Source of the DNA: Actinomycetota bacterium | GTDB lineage: Bacteria; Actinomycetota; UBA4738; CALAEC01 | Direction of reading: 5' to 3' | Length of the DNA stretch: 64,000 nucleotides | Assembly: GCA_050692985.1 (NCBI GenBank) | Contig: JBOGVZ010000047.1 | Location: 76,533 to 140,532, forward strand | In this document: positions 36,288 through 45,525 of the stretch, in pieces | How positions within the stretch are numbered: position 1 is the first letter of the stretch | How the letters are laid out: each line of letters starts with the position of its first letter | Translations under genes and position numbers: made by a program | The notes under the pieces: generated by a model | Database searches by the model: none | What the model was told of the DNA's origin: nothing | Seen by the model: only the letters and a program-made list of their open reading frames with translations

Positions 36288-37095
36288 CCCGCAGGGCTTC
36301 CTCCGTGGACGCCTGGGGGCCCAGGGCCCGGCGCCGCTCGGAGGTCCACAGGAACAGGTCCCCGTCCGGCGCACCCGAAAGGTCCGCGTGGAGCCGGGCC
36401 CGGTGGATGGCCTCCACCGTGGGCAGGTACACACGGTCGTACCAGTCACCCGCCGCCTCTTCCGGCGAGACCACCTCGCCGCGCTCCTGCACCAGCCGGT
36501 AGCCGTGGGAACGGACCTGCTCGATAAGCTCCACGTACCCCTGGGGGCGGCTGCACTCGATGCGGCCCTCCGGCCGGGCCCGTTCCAGGGCGCTCTCGTC
36601 CATGAACCGGGCCTCCTGCTCCAGCAGGATCAGCCGCCCCACGTCGGCGTCCGCCGGCAACGGCACCCTGCTCCGCAGCTCCGTGATCTCGGCGTCGATG
36701 AACTCCACCCCTCGGTGCCGGGCCACCGCCACCCGGTGGTGGCCGTCCACCAGGAAGTACGAGCCCCCGATCCGGTACACCACGATCGGGGGGAAGTCGC
36801 CCCGGGGGAAGGCCTGCTCGATGCGCCGCCACCGCTCCCGGACGTCCTCGTCCCGGGGGAGGAAGTCTCGATCGAAGTCGCGGGACCGCGACGTGGTGCC
36901 CACCACCCGGTCCACGGGGATCGGTTCGATGCCCACGTAGCTCTGGTCGAACAGGCGGAGGCGGCCTCGGAGCTCGTCCATCTCCAGCAGGGGCTCCTCG
37001 CCTCTCGCCCCCACGGCCCTGGCCAGGCGCCGGTAGGCCTGCCGCCGCCTGGCCTGGTCGAACGCGGTGAGGTCCGGCAGGTGATCCCACCTCAC
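36208..37095 (-). CDS. ParB/Srx-like nuclease-domain protein (conserved actinobacterial type)
   Basis: GTG overlapping the YceI stop. ...FPPIVVYRIGGSYFLVDGHHRVAVARHRGVEFIDAEITEL... The N-terminal 170 codons of the listed ORF are junk. Confidence 0.65.
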   Translation of the reverse strand: MRWDHLPDLTAFDQARRRQAYRRLARAVGARGEEPLLEMDELRGRLRLFDQSYVGIEPIPVDRVVGTTSRSRDFDRDFLPRDEDVRERWRRIEQAFPRGDFPPIVVYRIGGSYFLVDGHHRVAVARHRGVEFIDAEITELRSRVPLPADADVGRLILLEQEARFMDESALERARPEGRIECSRPQGYVELIEQVRSHGYRLVQERGEVVSPEEAAGDWYDRVYLPTVEAIHRARLHADLSGAPDGDLFLWTSERRRALGPQASTEEALRVSPPGGRPRRTARTRRARRPRPRRTS

Positions 37096-37673
37096 GACGG
37101 GCCCTCCCCGGGCCAGGCCTCGACCTCCAGCTCGACCCTGACCCCCCGCCCGGACAAGGGCACCCCCAGGATGTGCGACCACCCGAAGCCAAAGGCCACT
37201 CGGTCCACCTCGGCCCGGGCGGCGAACCGGGCGCGGGCGGCGCCGGCCCCGGGGGCCAGGCCCCGATAGTCCACGTCGAGGGTCACCGGCCGGGTGACCG
37301 TACGGACCGTCAGGTCGCCGGTCACCCGAAGGTTGGTCTGCCCGGTCCGGGCCACCTCGCGGCTGCGGAACCGGAGCCAGGGATGGCGGCGGACGTTCAG
37401 GAACGGCCCGGTCCGCAGGACACGGTCGAGCAGCCGGATCCCCGTGTCGATGCTGGCCGCGGCGATGGCCACCTCCAGCCGGGAGTCCTCGGGCCGCTCC
37501 GCCACCACCATGTGCCCGGTCACACCCCGGAACCGGCCGCGCAGGCGGCCGACCTCCAGGTACCGGGCCACGAACTCCACCCTGGCGCCTTCCGGGTGGA
37601 TGTCCCACGGGCCGGGCGCGGGGGCCACGGTCCCCTCCAGGTCCCGGGCATGCTGACGCATGGCCCGGCTCAT
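37092..37673 (-). CDS. YceI-like polyisoprenoid-binding beta-barrel protein
   Basis: MSRAMRQHARDLEGTVAPAPGPWDIHPEGARVEFVARYLEVGRLRGRFRGVTGHMVV...RVTGDLTVRTVTRPVTLDVDY... Confidence 0.7.
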   Translation of the reverse strand: MSRAMRQHARDLEGTVAPAPGPWDIHPEGARVEFVARYLEVGRLRGRFRGVTGHMVVAERPEDSRLEVAIAAASIDTGIRLLDRVLRTGPFLNVRRHPWLRFRSREVARTGQTNLRVTGDLTVRTVTRPVTLDVDYRGLAPGAGAARARFAARAEVDRVAFGFGWSHILGVPLSGRGVRVELEVEAWPGEGPS

Positions 37674-37727
37674 GCCGGACCGCCGCCCGGGTAGGGTGAG
37701 ATCGACCACATCTTCGAGGGGAGGACC

Positions 37728-38591
37728 ATGGCCACGCTCGCGTTCCTCGGTTTGGGGCAGATGGGCGCTCCGATGGCCGCCCGCCTGCTCGGTGCCGGGC
37801 ACCGGCTCTCCGTGTGGAACCGTACCTCGGAGAAGGCCGAGCCGCTCGTGTCCCGCGGCGCCCGGGGGGCGTCCTCGCCGGGCGATGCGGCGTCGGGAGC
37901 GGAAGCGGCGATCACCATGCTGGCCACGCCCGAGGCGATGGAGGAGGTCGTGTTCGGGCCCGGCGGGCTGGCGGAGGCCCTGGCGGACGGAGGCACGCTC
38001 ATCGAGATGTCCACCATGGGACCCGGGGCCATCCGCCGGACCGCCCGGCGCCTCGGCGAGGGGGTCACGGTGATCGATGCCCCGGTGCTCGGCACGGTCC
38101 CCCACGCCGAGGAGGGCACCCTGAAGATCTTCGTGGGTGGCTCCCAGGGGGCCCTGGCCCGGTGGCGGGACGTCCTGTCGGCGATGGGCACGCCGATCCA
38201 CGTGGGGCCGCAGGGGGCCGGGGCCTCGATGAAGCTCGTGGTCAACTCGACGCTGGGGGCGATGATGGCCGGTCTCGGCGAGGCCCTGGTCCTGGCGGAC
38301 GCGTTCGGGCTCGACGAGAAGACCGTGCTCGACGTGCTGTCGGAGTCCGCCATCGGCGCCACCACGAAGAGCAAGCGGGACAAGATCGAGACCGGCGTCT
38401 ACGAGCCCAACTTCAAGCTCTCGCTGGCCCGCAAGGACGTGCGACTGGTGACCGAGGAAGCCGAGCGGGCCGGTGCCGAGCTTCGGGTGGCCCCGGCGGC
38501 CCGGGCCTGGCTGGAAGCGGCCGACGACGGGGGCCTCGGCGACCTCGACTACTCGGCGGTGGTGGCTCACATCCGCGGCCGACCGGGGTAG
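37728..38591 (+). CDS. NAD(P)-dependent 3-hydroxyisobutyrate/6-phosphogluconate-dehydrogenase-family oxidoreductase
   Basis: MATLAFLGLGQMGAPMAARLLGAGHRLSVWNRT (Rossmann) ... KLVVNSTLGAMMAGLGEAL. Confidence 0.85.
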   Translation: MATLAFLGLGQMGAPMAARLLGAGHRLSVWNRTSEKAEPLVSRGARGASSPGDAASGAEAAITMLATPEAMEEVVFGPGGLAEALADGGTLIEMSTMGPGAIRRTARRLGEGVTVIDAPVLGTVPHAEEGTLKIFVGGSQGALARWRDVLSAMGTPIHVGPQGAGASMKLVVNSTLGAMMAGLGEALVLADAFGLDEKTVLDVLSESAIGATTKSKRDKIETGVYEPNFKLSLARKDVRLVTEEAERAGAELRVAPAARAWLEAADDGGLGDLDYSAVVAHIRGRPG

Positions 38592-38642
38592 TCAGATCCG
38601 GCGCGGAGCGGGCGATGGCCGTGGTCACCCATGGCGTCAGCT

Positions 38643-39557
38643 TCACTGGGGGGTTCGGACGGCGAAGGCCAGGGGCCGCCCCGGCTCCCGCGACTTGCAG
38701 GTGAGGATGCGGGGGTCGCGCCGTCCGACGGCGACCTCCACCCGGTGGCGGGGACCGTCCACCTGGTCGAACTCGACGACGTGGCGGCCCCGAGCCAGCC
38801 GCCGGACCGCCCGGAACGCCAGGTCCTCGACCCCGACGATCCCGTGCCGCTCCCGGACGAAGTGCTCGGCGGCCTGGACGGCCGGCGGATAGGCCGAGCG
38901 CCCCCTGTAGAACGGCAGGGCGATCCGTCCCCGGGCGTAGGCCTCGGCCACCCCTACCGCATCGCCCGGTCCCACCCGTCCGAAGTACAGCCCGTGGGGG
39001 AAGCACACCACGTTGCCGGCGAAGCGGTCGCCGCCCACGTGGGTGGCCTCCCACACCGCTCCGTCCCCGAACCCGGCCAGGGCCCGGTACAGGGGCCCGC
39101 CCAGGCGGGCGCAGCAGGGGTCGTGCTTGCCATGGGTGCACACCAGGTAGAGCGGCCCGGGCACGGGCTCACCGAACCCCTCGAACCGCCGCCCCACCAG
39201 GGCGTCGAGGTCCAGCTCCATCAGCCAGGCCGGGTCGTCGACCTCGAAGCTGGCCACCCGGTGACGGTCCCGCCCGGTGTGCGCCACGAAGCACCTCCGT
39301 GGCACCGCCACCGGCCGCTGCCGCTGCTTGACGAGCAGCACGCGCATGCCCAGCCGCGTTCCGGCCTCGGCCAGCCTGGCCCCGACGTCGGGAGGGAACG
39401 CGCTGTCGACCAGGGCGTCGTGCCCCCACCGGCCGGGCTGCTCGATCAGCAGCCAGGAGCGGAACCGCGACGCCGTGCCGGCCAGGGGCTCGTCGGCCGC
39501 CAGGGAGACCGCGGAGCACACCGCCCCCTCAGCGGCCACCTGTGACCTCGAGGGCAC
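38643..39557 (-). CDS. Sucrase/ferredoxin-like (thioredoxin-like [2Fe-2S]) family protein
   Basis: ...LYLVCTHGKHDPCCARLGGPLY..., the characteristic Cys cluster. Its last codons and TGA stop (CCC CAG TGA) are formed by the 5' terminus of repeat fragment C. Confidence 0.65.
   Translation of the reverse strand: MPSRSQVAAEGAVCSAVSLAADEPLAGTASRFRSWLLIEQPGRWGHDALVDSAFPPDVGARLAEAGTRLGMRVLLVKQRQRPVAVPRRCFVAHTGRDRHRVASFEVDDPAWLMELDLDALVGRRFEGFGEPVPGPLYLVCTHGKHDPCCARLGGPLYRALAGFGDGAVWEATHVGGDRFAGNVVCFPHGLYFGRVGPGDAVGVAEAYARGRIALPFYRGRSAYPPAVQAAEHFVRERHGIVGVEDLAFRAVRRLARGRHVVEFDQVDGPRHRVEVAVGRRDPRILTCKSREPGRPLAFAVRTPQ
38644..38658 (+). repeat. Fragment C: only the 15-nt 5' terminus (CACTGGGGGGTTCGG) of the hairpin repeat
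   Basis: Identical to the first 14-15 nt of copies A and D. The rest of the element is absent. Confidence 0.5.
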
Positions 39558-40737
39558 CCTCCCGCACCAGGCGGCGCAGGAGCACCAGGCGCGACTCGTC
39601 GTCGAGCGTCCCCGGCAGGTCCCCGGGCCGGAAGGGTCCCTCCACCGCTGCCACGAACCGAAGGTCGGGCTCCACGTGCGCCGGCAGCCGGAGCTCGGTC
39701 GGCCCGAGCAGCACCACGGCCTCGTCTACCTCCACCGAGACCCCGAACAGGGACCCCCGCCGCCGGGCGAAGCGGGTGTCGGGGCCGGCCGTGCGGAGCC
39801 GCTCCATCTGCTCGAGCTGGCCGGAGAGCAACGGTCGCCGGCCCGCGTAGAAGGCCCGGGCGAAAGAGGCCACGGTCTCCTCGGTCTGGGCCTCGTCGAG
39901 CCACGCTCGGAACGCCTCGGACCGCTGGGGAAGCTCCTCCAGCAGCCGGTGCGGGTCGCGAGCGAAGCCGATCGGGAGGCTCTCCCGGAACGGGAAGTGC
40001 TCCGAGGCCGACCCAATCACGTGACGCCAGAAGTCGAGCCAGGTCGAGGCCAGGATCCCCACGGTCACGTGGATCGAGACCTCCTCCCGGGCCTCGGCGT
40101 CATGGAGGAACCCCCGCGGGATGTACAGGCAGTCGCCGGGGGCCAGCTCGGCCTCCAGGACCCGGGGGCCAGGGGGCGTCGTGCCCTTCTTCCACGGCTG
40201 GTCCGGTCCGGCCAGCTCGACCACCGGGCGGTACACCCGCCAGGCCTTATGGCCGTGGGTCTGGAGCACGAACACGTCGTGGGTGTCGTGATGCACGTCG
40301 AATCCCCTGGAGGTGGCCGGGGTGACGTAGGCGTTGGCCTGGGCCGCGTGGGTCATCGACAGCTCGAGGTCCCGGCAGAACCGGGCCACCGGCGGCCACA
40401 TCCGGTGGAGGGCCTGGAGCACGATCGTGGCTCCGCCTGCGAAGGCCTGGGCCACCCGGTCGGGGCGGACCGTGCGATCCACCCGGGACGAGCCGATCCT
40501 GATCGTGGTCGTGTACGTGGCGGGCGGGAGCGGCGTCCCGTCCTTGACCAGCCGGAACGACGGCATGCGCAGCAGGGTCTCGGTGACCAGGTGGTCGACG
40601 TCGGGCAGGTCCAGGAGGTCCGCGAAGCCGGGCTGTCCGGGCTCGGCCCGGCGCAGCAGGGGCTCCCGCCCCCAGTGGTCCTCCGCGAACCTGCGGACGT
40701 CACCAACGCACCGCTGGAGAGCGGCGTCGGAGCTCAC
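39529..40737 (-). CDS. JmjC/cupin-domain oxygenase (ribosomal-protein hydroxylase YcfD/RoxA-like)
   Basis: ...VHHDTHDVFVLQTHGHKAWRVY (HxD...H facial triad) ... GDCLYIPRGFLHDAEA. Confidence 0.7.
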   Translation of the reverse strand: MSSDAALQRCVGDVRRFAEDHWGREPLLRRAEPGQPGFADLLDLPDVDHLVTETLLRMPSFRLVKDGTPLPPATYTTTIRIGSSRVDRTVRPDRVAQAFAGGATIVLQALHRMWPPVARFCRDLELSMTHAAQANAYVTPATSRGFDVHHDTHDVFVLQTHGHKAWRVYRPVVELAGPDQPWKKGTTPPGPRVLEAELAPGDCLYIPRGFLHDAEAREEVSIHVTVGILASTWLDFWRHVIGSASEHFPFRESLPIGFARDPHRLLEELPQRSEAFRAWLDEAQTEETVASFARAFYAGRRPLLSGQLEQMERLRTAGPDTRFARRRGSLFGVSVEVDEAVVLLGPTELRLPAHVEPDLRFVAAVEGPFRPGDLPGTLDDESRLVLLRRLVREGALEVTGGR

Positions 40738-40752
40738 GGCCGGGTCGCGCGC

Positions 40753-41040
40753 CTACCTGGCGTCGGTGGTGTCGCTGTCCCCCGACTCGTCGGTGGTGTC
40801 GTCGTCGGCGTCGGTCGTATCGGTGTCGTCGACGGCGTCGGTGGTATCGGTGTCGCCACCACCGCCCTCGTCCGCGGCGTCGGTGGTATCCGAGTCGGTC
40901 CCGTCCTGGTCGGCGGCATCGGTCGTGTCGGTGCTGTCCGCGTCCCGGGTGTCCGGGTCCTCAACCGAGGCCGATGCGTTGCCGCCGGCAAGCGAGACGG
41001 TCCGGATGTCCTCGTCGGTGAGCTTCGTGGGGTCGGCCAT
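40753..41040 (-). CDS. Small highly acidic Asp/Thr-rich repeat protein (TDTTDA-type repeats), intrinsically disordered
   Basis: Strong SD (AGAGGAGATGGC-ATG). MADPTKLTDEDIRTVSLAGGNASASVEDPDTRDADSTDTTDAADQDGTDSDTTDAADEGGGGDTDTTDAVDDTDTTDADDDTTDESGDSDTTDAR. Confidence 0.55.
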   Translation of the reverse strand: MADPTKLTDEDIRTVSLAGGNASASVEDPDTRDADSTDTTDAADQDGTDSDTTDAADEGGGGDTDTTDAVDDTDTTDADDDTTDESGDSDTTDAR

Positions 41041-41197
41041 GCCATCTCCTCTCTGCTCGGGTCGTGGCCAGGCTACGTCCGGGCCTTCCCTGGGGCAAAT
41101 GGCCCCGTCGCCGTGAGCGAGGGGCTCCGGCCACGCGCGGCACCAGCGCCGCCACGTCGAGCCCCGACCCGCCGGGGCTCCCGGCCGGGGGCCTGCC

Positions 41198-41416
41198 CTA
41201 CCGTCGGTGCTGTCCGCGTATCGAAGCGGCGATCGCCCCGATGGCCGGGGCCATGACCAGCCACAGCCCGATCGTGGCCACCATGGCCGTCCCGTAGCCG
41301 AAGGGCCGGATCCCGATGTCCTCGGCCAGGATGCCGGCGAAGATCATCAGCAGCCAAGCGCTGAGGAAGAAGAACGCGCCCGCGGCCGGGAGCGCGAAGT
41401 ACGTGCTGGGTCCCAT
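41198..41416 (-). CDS. Small two-TM membrane protein
   Basis: MGPSTYFALPAAGAFFFLSAWLLMIFAGILAEDIGIRPFGYGTAMVATIGLWLVMAPAIGAIAASIRGQHRR. Confidence 0.45.
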   Translation of the reverse strand: MGPSTYFALPAAGAFFFLSAWLLMIFAGILAEDIGIRPFGYGTAMVATIGLWLVMAPAIGAIAASIRGQHRR

Positions 41417-41520
41417 CTCCCCTCCCGTTCCTGAGGTGTTTCAACCGACGCTACCACGGTCCATCCACCCGCCTCGGTGGCCCTGGCGCGGGCCTGGAGG
41501 ATGTTCGCTACGGTGGGGCC

Positions 41521-42180
41521 ATGGATGCCACCGGGTCCGATTCGAAGGTCGAGCGGGTGTTCGTGCTGGGCCCTCCCGCCAGCGGAAAGACCACGCAGGC
41601 GCAGCGGGTGGCCACCTCGCTCGGTCTTCGGCACCTCTCGATGGGCGACGCGCTGCGGGACGCCGTGGCGCAGGGGACGCCGATGGGCGCCCGGGCCCGC
41701 TCCTCCATGGAGCGAGGGGAGCTCGTCCCCGACGAGGTCGTCGTGGCGGTGCTGGGCGAGCACGTCGACCGAGCCGACGAGCGCGGCTTCGTCCTCGACG
41801 GCTTCCCCCGGGATGTGGAGCAGGCAGAGGTGACCGGGGCTGTGGTGGGACGACCGGATCTGGTGGTCCATCTGGCGATCCCGGACGACGAGGTCGTGCG
41901 GCGGATCGCCGGCCGGCGGTCGTGCCCTTCCTGCGCACGCATCTATCACCTGGAGGACCGACCGCCCGGCGTGCCCGACCGGTGCGACGACGACGGCGAG
42001 CCCTTGGTCCGGCGGCCCGACGACCGGCGCGACGTGGTCCTGTCCCGCCTGGCGGTCTACCGTGAGCGCACGGAGCCGGTGATCCGCCACTACGGCGCCG
42101 CGGGCGTGCTGGTCGAGGTCGATGGGACGGGAGAGATCTCGCAGGTCACCGCCCGCATCCTCGGCGCTCTCGGTGCCTGA
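41521..42180 (+). CDS. adk: Adenylate kinase (Zn-binding LID type)
   Basis: VFVLGPPASGKTTQA (P-loop) ... GFVLDGFPRDVEQAE ... CPSCARIYH...PDRCDDDGEPLVRRPDD (Cys4 LID). Confidence 0.85.
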   Translation: MDATGSDSKVERVFVLGPPASGKTTQAQRVATSLGLRHLSMGDALRDAVAQGTPMGARARSSMERGELVPDEVVVAVLGEHVDRADERGFVLDGFPRDVEQAEVTGAVVGRPDLVVHLAIPDDEVVRRIAGRRSCPSCARIYHLEDRPPGVPDRCDDDGEPLVRRPDDRRDVVLSRLAVYRERTEPVIRHYGAAGVLVEVDGTGEISQVTARILGALGA

Positions 42181-42259
42181 GCACCGATGCGGCCGGAACG
42201 TCCAAGGAGGGCCGGAGTGAGCGGAGCCATCGGCCAGCCGCGAGGTACAGTGAGCCTCG

Positions 42260-42880
42260 ATGCCGGCTTCCCCGAACCTGTCCTGGCAGCCGTCCCTCTT
42301 CGCGCTGGATGACGTCGGCATCGACCCCTCGTTCGCCCGGCTCGGCCGGATCGAGCTCGACGACGACTCGTGGGTCGATCACGCACCCGAGTGGGTCTCC
42401 GGCGCCGACGCGCTGTTCGAGGAGATCCTGGCGGCCCGCCGGTGGGAGCAGCGCTCCCGCCGGATGTACGACCAGACCGTGGAGGAGCCCAGGCTGACCG
42501 CGCCGTGGACCCTGGGCTCGGGCGAGCCGCTGGAGCCACCGGTCCTGGAGGAGATGCGGCTGCTGCTCTCAACGCGCTACGACCGGGAGTTCGACTCGGT
42601 GGGCTTCAACCTCTACCGGGACGGCTCCGACAGCGTGGCCTGGCACGGGGACAGGATCCCCTCGGAGATCGAGGCGCCCGTGGTGGCGCTGGTCTCGCTG
42701 GGCGAACCGCGGAAGTTCCTCCTCCGCCCCAAGGGCGGGGGCACGTCCCGTTCGTTCATGCTCGGCCGAGGCGACCTGCTGGTCACCGGAGACCAGACCC
42801 AGCGGAGCTGGGAGCACAGCGTCCCCAAGGTGGCCCAGGCCGGGCCCCGGATCAGCGTGGCCTACCGCCACAGCCGCTGA
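42260..42880 (+). CDS. alkB: AlkB-family Fe(II)/2-oxoglutarate-dependent DNA/RNA demethylase
   Basis: ...SVAWHGDRIPSEIEAPVVALVSLGEPRKFLLRPKGGGTSRSFMLGRGDLLVTGDQTQRSWEHSVPK... (HxD...H and the RxxxxxR motif). Confidence 0.75.
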   Translation: MPASPNLSWQPSLFALDDVGIDPSFARLGRIELDDDSWVDHAPEWVSGADALFEEILAARRWEQRSRRMYDQTVEEPRLTAPWTLGSGEPLEPPVLEEMRLLLSTRYDREFDSVGFNLYRDGSDSVAWHGDRIPSEIEAPVVALVSLGEPRKFLLRPKGGGTSRSFMLGRGDLLVTGDQTQRSWEHSVPKVAQAGPRISVAYRHSR

Positions 42881-42979
42881 CCCGGCTGGCGTGAGAGAAA
42901 GCGGTCGCGGCCACGTTCACCTCGGGCTGACCGGCCCTTACCCGGCAGGCCCGCGGCGAACGATCCCCAGGGAGGTGCC

Positions 42980-45286
42980 TCAGGGCGTGCCCGGGTCCCC
43001 GCTCCTGGCCTTCACGATGCGGCCGTTCGAGATCACCAGGGCGAAGTCCTGGTCGGTGTCGTCCCCGATGCCCGGCACTCCGTCGCCGGCCAGGTTCGCA
43101 CCAAGCACCTCGACCTCGATCGCGCCACCCGGCGAGGCCAGGAAGACGTTCTCCACGTTGTTCATGAAGTCGGCCGCCCCGCCGGGGACGCTCCAGCCGG
43201 TACTGGGCTCGCCGAACCAGTTGCCCAGGTACGTCTGTCCCCTGGACACGACGCGCAGGTCGAGATCATTGACCCACGCCGGGGTGGCGCCCCCCAGGCC
43301 GTGGCCGGGCGCGTCCGTCCACACCAGTGTCACCTTCACCGGCTCCGACCGGTCGATCGCCCGCACCCTGGCCTGCCACCGAGCCCCCGTGGTGGACAAC
43401 AGCACCGCCTGGTCGACGTAGGTCTTCGACGACCCACCCAGGACGTTCTCCAGGTTGAACCGGCCCCACCCCTGCTTGTTGTCGGGGACGTGACCGAGGA
43501 TGTTCCCGTCGGCGTCCCTGTTCCCGGCCAGGTCGACGGCGCCGTTCACGAAGGCGGCCTTGATGAGCACCGGGCTGGGGTCCTCGCCGAACAGGTCGCG
43601 GTAGTGCTCGGTGAACAGCGCGGCCCCGCCGCTCACGTGTGGTGACGCCATCGAGGTGCCGGTGCAGTGCGAGTACAGGATGATCCCGAGCCCGATCACG
43701 GGGTCGAGGCACAGGCCGATGGTCACCGGATCGGCCGTGGACACCACTCGCTCACCGGGGGCCACGATGTCCGGCAGGCGTCGGCCGTCGAGGGCCGGGC
43801 CGTGCGCGGTGACGAAGGAGAGGTCGTCGATCTGGCCGGCGCGGAAGTTCTCCGTGGCACCCACGCGGAGCAGGTTCTTGCCCTCGTCGGGGGTGCCCTG
43901 GGTGCTGGTCCCGCCCCGGCCGTTCATGATCGACAGAACCCACGTGAGCGGCTCGTGCTCGGGCGTGTCGAGGTTCGCGTCCCGCGGGGCATGGTCGAAC
44001 TCCCTGGTGTCGGCGTCGTATCCGCGGGGCCTCCCAGACGGCCCCCACGAGTTCGCCGAGATCGTGGCGTCGCCCAGGACGGAGTCCTTGTTGAGCTCGA
44101 TGTACTGGCCCGGGCCCGACGGAGCGAACGGCGTGAGCAGGCCGATGAAGTTCTGGGCGAATAGCTTCGCACCGGGGGCCATCCCCAGCCCGAACTCGAA
44201 GCCGTCACCGTCGGTCAGGCCGGTGGATCCCGTCCCCACGATGATCCCCGCGGTGTGGGTGCCGTGCCCGAACGTGTCCGTCATCTCCGCCAGGCACAGG
44301 ATCCCGAGCTGGCCCGTGGTGTAGTCGTGGCAGCCGTGCAGCTGTCCCTGGAGGTCCGGGTGGCGCGCGCTCACCCCCGTGTCCACGTGGGCCACCACGA
44401 CGCCGGTGCCGTCGACCTGGTGGCCGGCGAGCCACTCCTCGTATCCCGGAAGGGGAACCCCGTCGCCCGTGTAGTTGCCGGCCGAGATCTGGTTCGACAT
44501 CTCGTCGCGGGCGGCCGGAGCGAGCTGGGGAGAGATCGCGTAAACGGCCGAGAGGCTGGTGGCGGCCTCGATCGCCGCCGGCGTGGCGGCGACCTGGACC
44601 CCGATCAGCTCCACGTCCCCGATCGCCTGCCGGCCGGTCACCTCGAGCCGCCCCCCGGCCGCCGTGAGGCGCTCCAGCGCCTCGCCGGCGTGGCCGTCGT
44701 CGACCAGCAGGACGTTCAGGATGGTCGCGTTCCCCGCGCGAAGGTCACCGAAGCGGTACGCGGGCTCGAACGCCCCCACCCACCGGACGGCCGCCACGTC
44801 GGCCAGCGCCGCGGCGTCCTCGGGGGTGGCCAGGACCACGAACGTGAACGGGGCCAGGTACTGGACCAGCCGCGCTCCGCCGGCCCGAACGGCATCGAGC
44901 CAGGCGTCCTTGATCGGCCCGTGGAACTGCACCAGGTGAAGCGCGGGCCGGCCGGCGGCCACATCGGCGGCGATGTGTGGAAGCCTGGTCAGGGGGTCGA
45001 ACGAGGCGGACGGCAGGACCAGCCGTCCGGCCTCGGGATACGCCTGGAAGGCCACGTTCGCCCGGCGCAGGTCCTCGAGGGCCTCGGTGGGCACCACCGC
45101 CCAGTCGAACCAGCCGTACCCCGCCGAGAACGACGCCTCCACGCCCGCCGCGGCCAGGCCGCCGGGCTGGAGACGGACCGCGACCTGGGGGGAGTCGTCG
45201 GCGCGCGCGCCGGAGAGACCGGTCAGGAGCAGGGCCACCGCAGCGAGGACGGAGACGGGCAGGCGCTTCCTCATCACTACCTCCAC
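42980..45286 (-). CDS. Secreted subtilisin-like serine protease (S8 family) with C-terminal beta-sandwich domains
   Basis: Signal peptide, then VVVAHVDTGV (Asp), FGHGTHTAGII (His), GTSMASPHVSG (Ser). Confidence 0.9.
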   Translation of the reverse strand: MEVVMRKRLPVSVLAAVALLLTGLSGARADDSPQVAVRLQPGGLAAAGVEASFSAGYGWFDWAVVPTEALEDLRRANVAFQAYPEAGRLVLPSASFDPLTRLPHIAADVAAGRPALHLVQFHGPIKDAWLDAVRAGGARLVQYLAPFTFVVLATPEDAAALADVAAVRWVGAFEPAYRFGDLRAGNATILNVLLVDDGHAGEALERLTAAGGRLEVTGRQAIGDVELIGVQVAATPAAIEAATSLSAVYAISPQLAPAARDEMSNQISAGNYTGDGVPLPGYEEWLAGHQVDGTGVVVAHVDTGVSARHPDLQGQLHGCHDYTTGQLGILCLAEMTDTFGHGTHTAGIIVGTGSTGLTDGDGFEFGLGMAPGAKLFAQNFIGLLTPFAPSGPGQYIELNKDSVLGDATISANSWGPSGRPRGYDADTREFDHAPRDANLDTPEHEPLTWVLSIMNGRGGTSTQGTPDEGKNLLRVGATENFRAGQIDDLSFVTAHGPALDGRRLPDIVAPGERVVSTADPVTIGLCLDPVIGLGIILYSHCTGTSMASPHVSGGAALFTEHYRDLFGEDPSPVLIKAAFVNGAVDLAGNRDADGNILGHVPDNKQGWGRFNLENVLGGSSKTYVDQAVLLSTTGARWQARVRAIDRSEPVKVTLVWTDAPGHGLGGATPAWVNDLDLRVVSRGQTYLGNWFGEPSTGWSVPGGAADFMNNVENVFLASPGGAIEVEVLGANLAGDGVPGIGDDTDQDFALVISNGRIVKARSGDPGTP

Positions 45287-45525
45287 GGGCGAGGGTCACT
45301 AAGTCGTTCGCCGCCCGACCCCCGGCTTCCTGCCTCCGGGCCGGTCGGGCGGTTGGCGGCGGGAGGCTTCGCAGGCCGTCGTCGTCCCTGGCGTTGCCGG
45401 TTCCACCCAGGCACAAATGGGGAAATCATCGGCCGATGCTGGGGCGCTTCACTCTGGTCGACGGCCTGGCCGGTACGTATCGTCGCCTCTGCGATGGACC
45501 CGGGCGACGAACCGACTGATCACAG

